From NCBI GenBank assembly GCA_002633005.1, contig NMRA01000173.1:535060-572011 (forward strand): 36,952 nt of DNA. The letters are read 5' to 3'. Position numbers and translations under genes: made by a program. The first letter of the stretch is position 1; the number at the start of each line of letters is the position of its first letter. This stretch comes from Phoronis australis (taxonomy: Eukaryota > Animalia > Phoronida). The notes below the pieces were generated by a model. That model searched no databases. It saw nothing but the letters and a program-made list of their open reading frames with translations, and was not told the origin of the DNA. Below, piece by piece: positions 34,266 through 36,952 of this stretch.

Positions 34266-36952
34266 CTGCCATCCTTTAGTGTAGTTGTAAGTAGTGGATT
34301 TGTTCAGTAGTCAAACTTAATCACTTAGTTATTCAGGGAATTCATTCAAGTTTTTCAGCATAATCCTCTCACTGTCACTGACGTCATTACTAAAGATTGG
34401 GTTAATGCACCGAAACTAAACATTAGTTTTTTCAAGGCTGTGAAGTGCTTTTGGTATCAAATGTTACTTTCCATTCGCTCAGCTCCGTGAATTTTAATTA
34501 ATGTCACTAACCCCTGAGGAGCTCTGTTGTTGGAGAGATTGTTGTGGCATACCGCCAACGGAGGTGGTTAGATTGCCCTGACAGGTGTCCTCTTTGTCGT
34601 TGTGCCTTAATGGGTATTATCTCCCATGGGCATGTATTTCGTTATCGTGTCATGTATTGGGTGGGCAAACGAAAGACATGGCGACCAGCCAAGGGAAACT
34701 GTATTTTACCTAGATAAAATTTTCATCCTTGTCCTCCCGTGGATTCTAAATATGCCTATGTACTCTGTACCCATAACTTGAAAGAGAATACCCTGGCATA
34801 TAACCTGCATAATGTGAAAGAGAGTACCCCCGGCATACCTGCGTAATTAGTCGTTAGCAGCTGTATGTAGTTTAATTGCTGGTGGCTGAGAGTACATCCT
34901 TGCATTTGGTCCCTGATACTGCAGTGCAGCAGAACATCTTAGTACAGTCTCCCAATACAGTTTAGTACATGCGGCAATGACAATCTTGGTGTGTTGTAAG
35001 CTAGTAGATATAGCCGTTCCATCTCTATGTGTGAAGTCTTGGAAAATTATGTGTATATTTTGTTCTTGTGTACCTTCTTGGAATACCTCGTAAAACCTAT
35101 CTGTGTTTTGCTTTGCCTTCTATAACCTTTTATTACTACTGGAAAGTAATCATTTTGCCTAGTGTGTACAAAGTCTCCTGATTTTAGTGGGTGTTTTGGC
35201 TACAAATTTGCTTCTAAAATTAGTTTCAGTTTAGCTTATAGTTTTCATGGACTTGATTACGTTTGTGCAATGCTTGTTTATTTCAATTTAATAAACTTCT
35301 CAACATATTGATTTTGCGGTTCTTATAGAAAATGCATTCAGATTTTAAAAAACAGTTTTATTCAAAAGAACAACTGTTGTCTCCTTGTACCTTACATGAA
35401 GCTGGTAAGCACCCCTGAAAGCATACCTTGTGCGGCTTGTGATTCACAACGCTGTCGTCGTGTGAATTTCATTTCTCCATTGTTTTTAAAAAAACTTTAA
35501 AATATTTAAATATATTCTCTTTTGAGCGCGTGACTAAAACGTGTGCTGTGATGATTTAGACGTAATACATGAGTTGATTTTACAAGTAAAGATTCAAATG
35601 GCATTGTTTATTTGAAGGTGGAATTAACTTGACGTAAGTCGATCTTTTCTCATTCCCTTGACGATTGATGTTTCACTTAAAGCACCAACCTGCATAAAAT
35701 TGCTCCTTATAAGTGATTTCATCGTGCTTTGTTTGTCGGAAGGCAGTGTAATCCTACACAATAAAATGGCCTTTTTCCTCGCTAGTCCCGTCGAGTAATA
35801 GGATCTCGGACAAAAACTAACTATGAAGAGACTTGCGCAATGTCAACATAGTCTAATGAAAAACACGTAGAGGACTATACTGACTTGACAGGCGTGAGGG
35901 CAGGACCATTTCTCTCGTTTTCGCTGGTACTTAGAAAAACGCGTTAAATTTCAAGTATCAGAGAGAACAGGGTAGAGTCCAGCAACGCTACGACATGATC
36001 GCTAAAACCTAGCCAAAATCACATGCTCTCATTTGAAATACAAGGCAATATCTCACGTAATATCGCGAAGTCTTGCTTTTTAGCGAGGTCCTAGCTAGCT
36101 TCACTGAACTTACCCAAGTTAGAGTTCAGTATAGCCTTGGTGCAAAGGTATATACTAAATGTACAGCTTTGCGCCGATATGAGTAAAAAACTGACAATAA
36201 AATCTGACACAAAATTAGTGTCATAAAAAGCTACACTCTTCCTTGGGCAAAATAAATTATTTGCTGGTGTTTTAAAAATTGGCGTTCTTCCGTTATTCTG
36301 CTGCTAAAGTGGTAGAGTGATCATCGTCGGCTTTTGGCGCCATGACTAAACGTTGCGTCATTTATAGGCCAGTTTCTTTTTTCGCCAATTCTTCAATCAA
36401 GTGTTCTTCTTTGCACGAGGTTGCCTACATGTCACAACACATTATCGGAACTGGTTTCATTTCGTTACAAGTTTTCAGTATGTTAATACCAGCAAACCGA
36501 TTTTCAGAACAAACTTAGCAGATGCGAAGCTGTCATCGTCTCCCGAAAGATGTCGCACAGAATTTAGGAAATGGCGTGTGCCGGGTGTCACGAGCAAACT
36601 GTTTTCTTTGTTACAAAAGGCGGACAACTACGCAAGAAAATGACTTTTATTAGACTGTTTTTCACTTAAGGGCTGTAACGGGCAGGGTTAGTGTCGGTTG
36701 ATTCTCAGATTTTGCATGCACCCCCGCCGGTCGTTACCTCTAGATGTTGATATAGTTTCACGTCTCACGACGACTAAGCAGCGAAAAGTACCCGGGCCGT
36801 GTGAAATTTCGGGGTCTAACGAAGCTCAACACGCAGTATACCTCACCCTAGCCAGCCAGCTGCCTGTACACGAAGACTATCGTCAAAGTATAGCTAGATA
36901 TCACTGTCTGTTGAACTCCGACAGACCTCGATTGCACCCACTGTCCGGGTAG

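Overview
Repeat-rich genomic DNA from an animal, most likely an invertebrate (spliceosomal introns, MITEs, minisatellites); the species cannot be determined from the sequence. Four protein-coding genes are supported: an intronless GPR161-like class A GPCR (minus, 1309-2811), a 62-aa mitoregulin (MTLN)-like mitochondrial microprotein (13420-13608), an intronless small cupin (16161-16481) and a four-exon malectin (23592-30603). Highlights: (1) an apparent invertebrate mitoregulin homologue, possibly sharing one spliced transcript with the cupin; (2) malectin uses a GC-AG intron, and its last acceptor is formed by the final unit of an AG-free 23-bp minisatellite; (3) a ~630-bp intronic foldback with degenerate hammerhead-ribozyme cores; (4) MITEs with 5-bp target-site duplications, a Helentron-type HINE, a TTAA-flanked element and a perfect 73-bp palindrome. 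All comparisons to known proteins were made by eye from recalled sequences, not from database searches.
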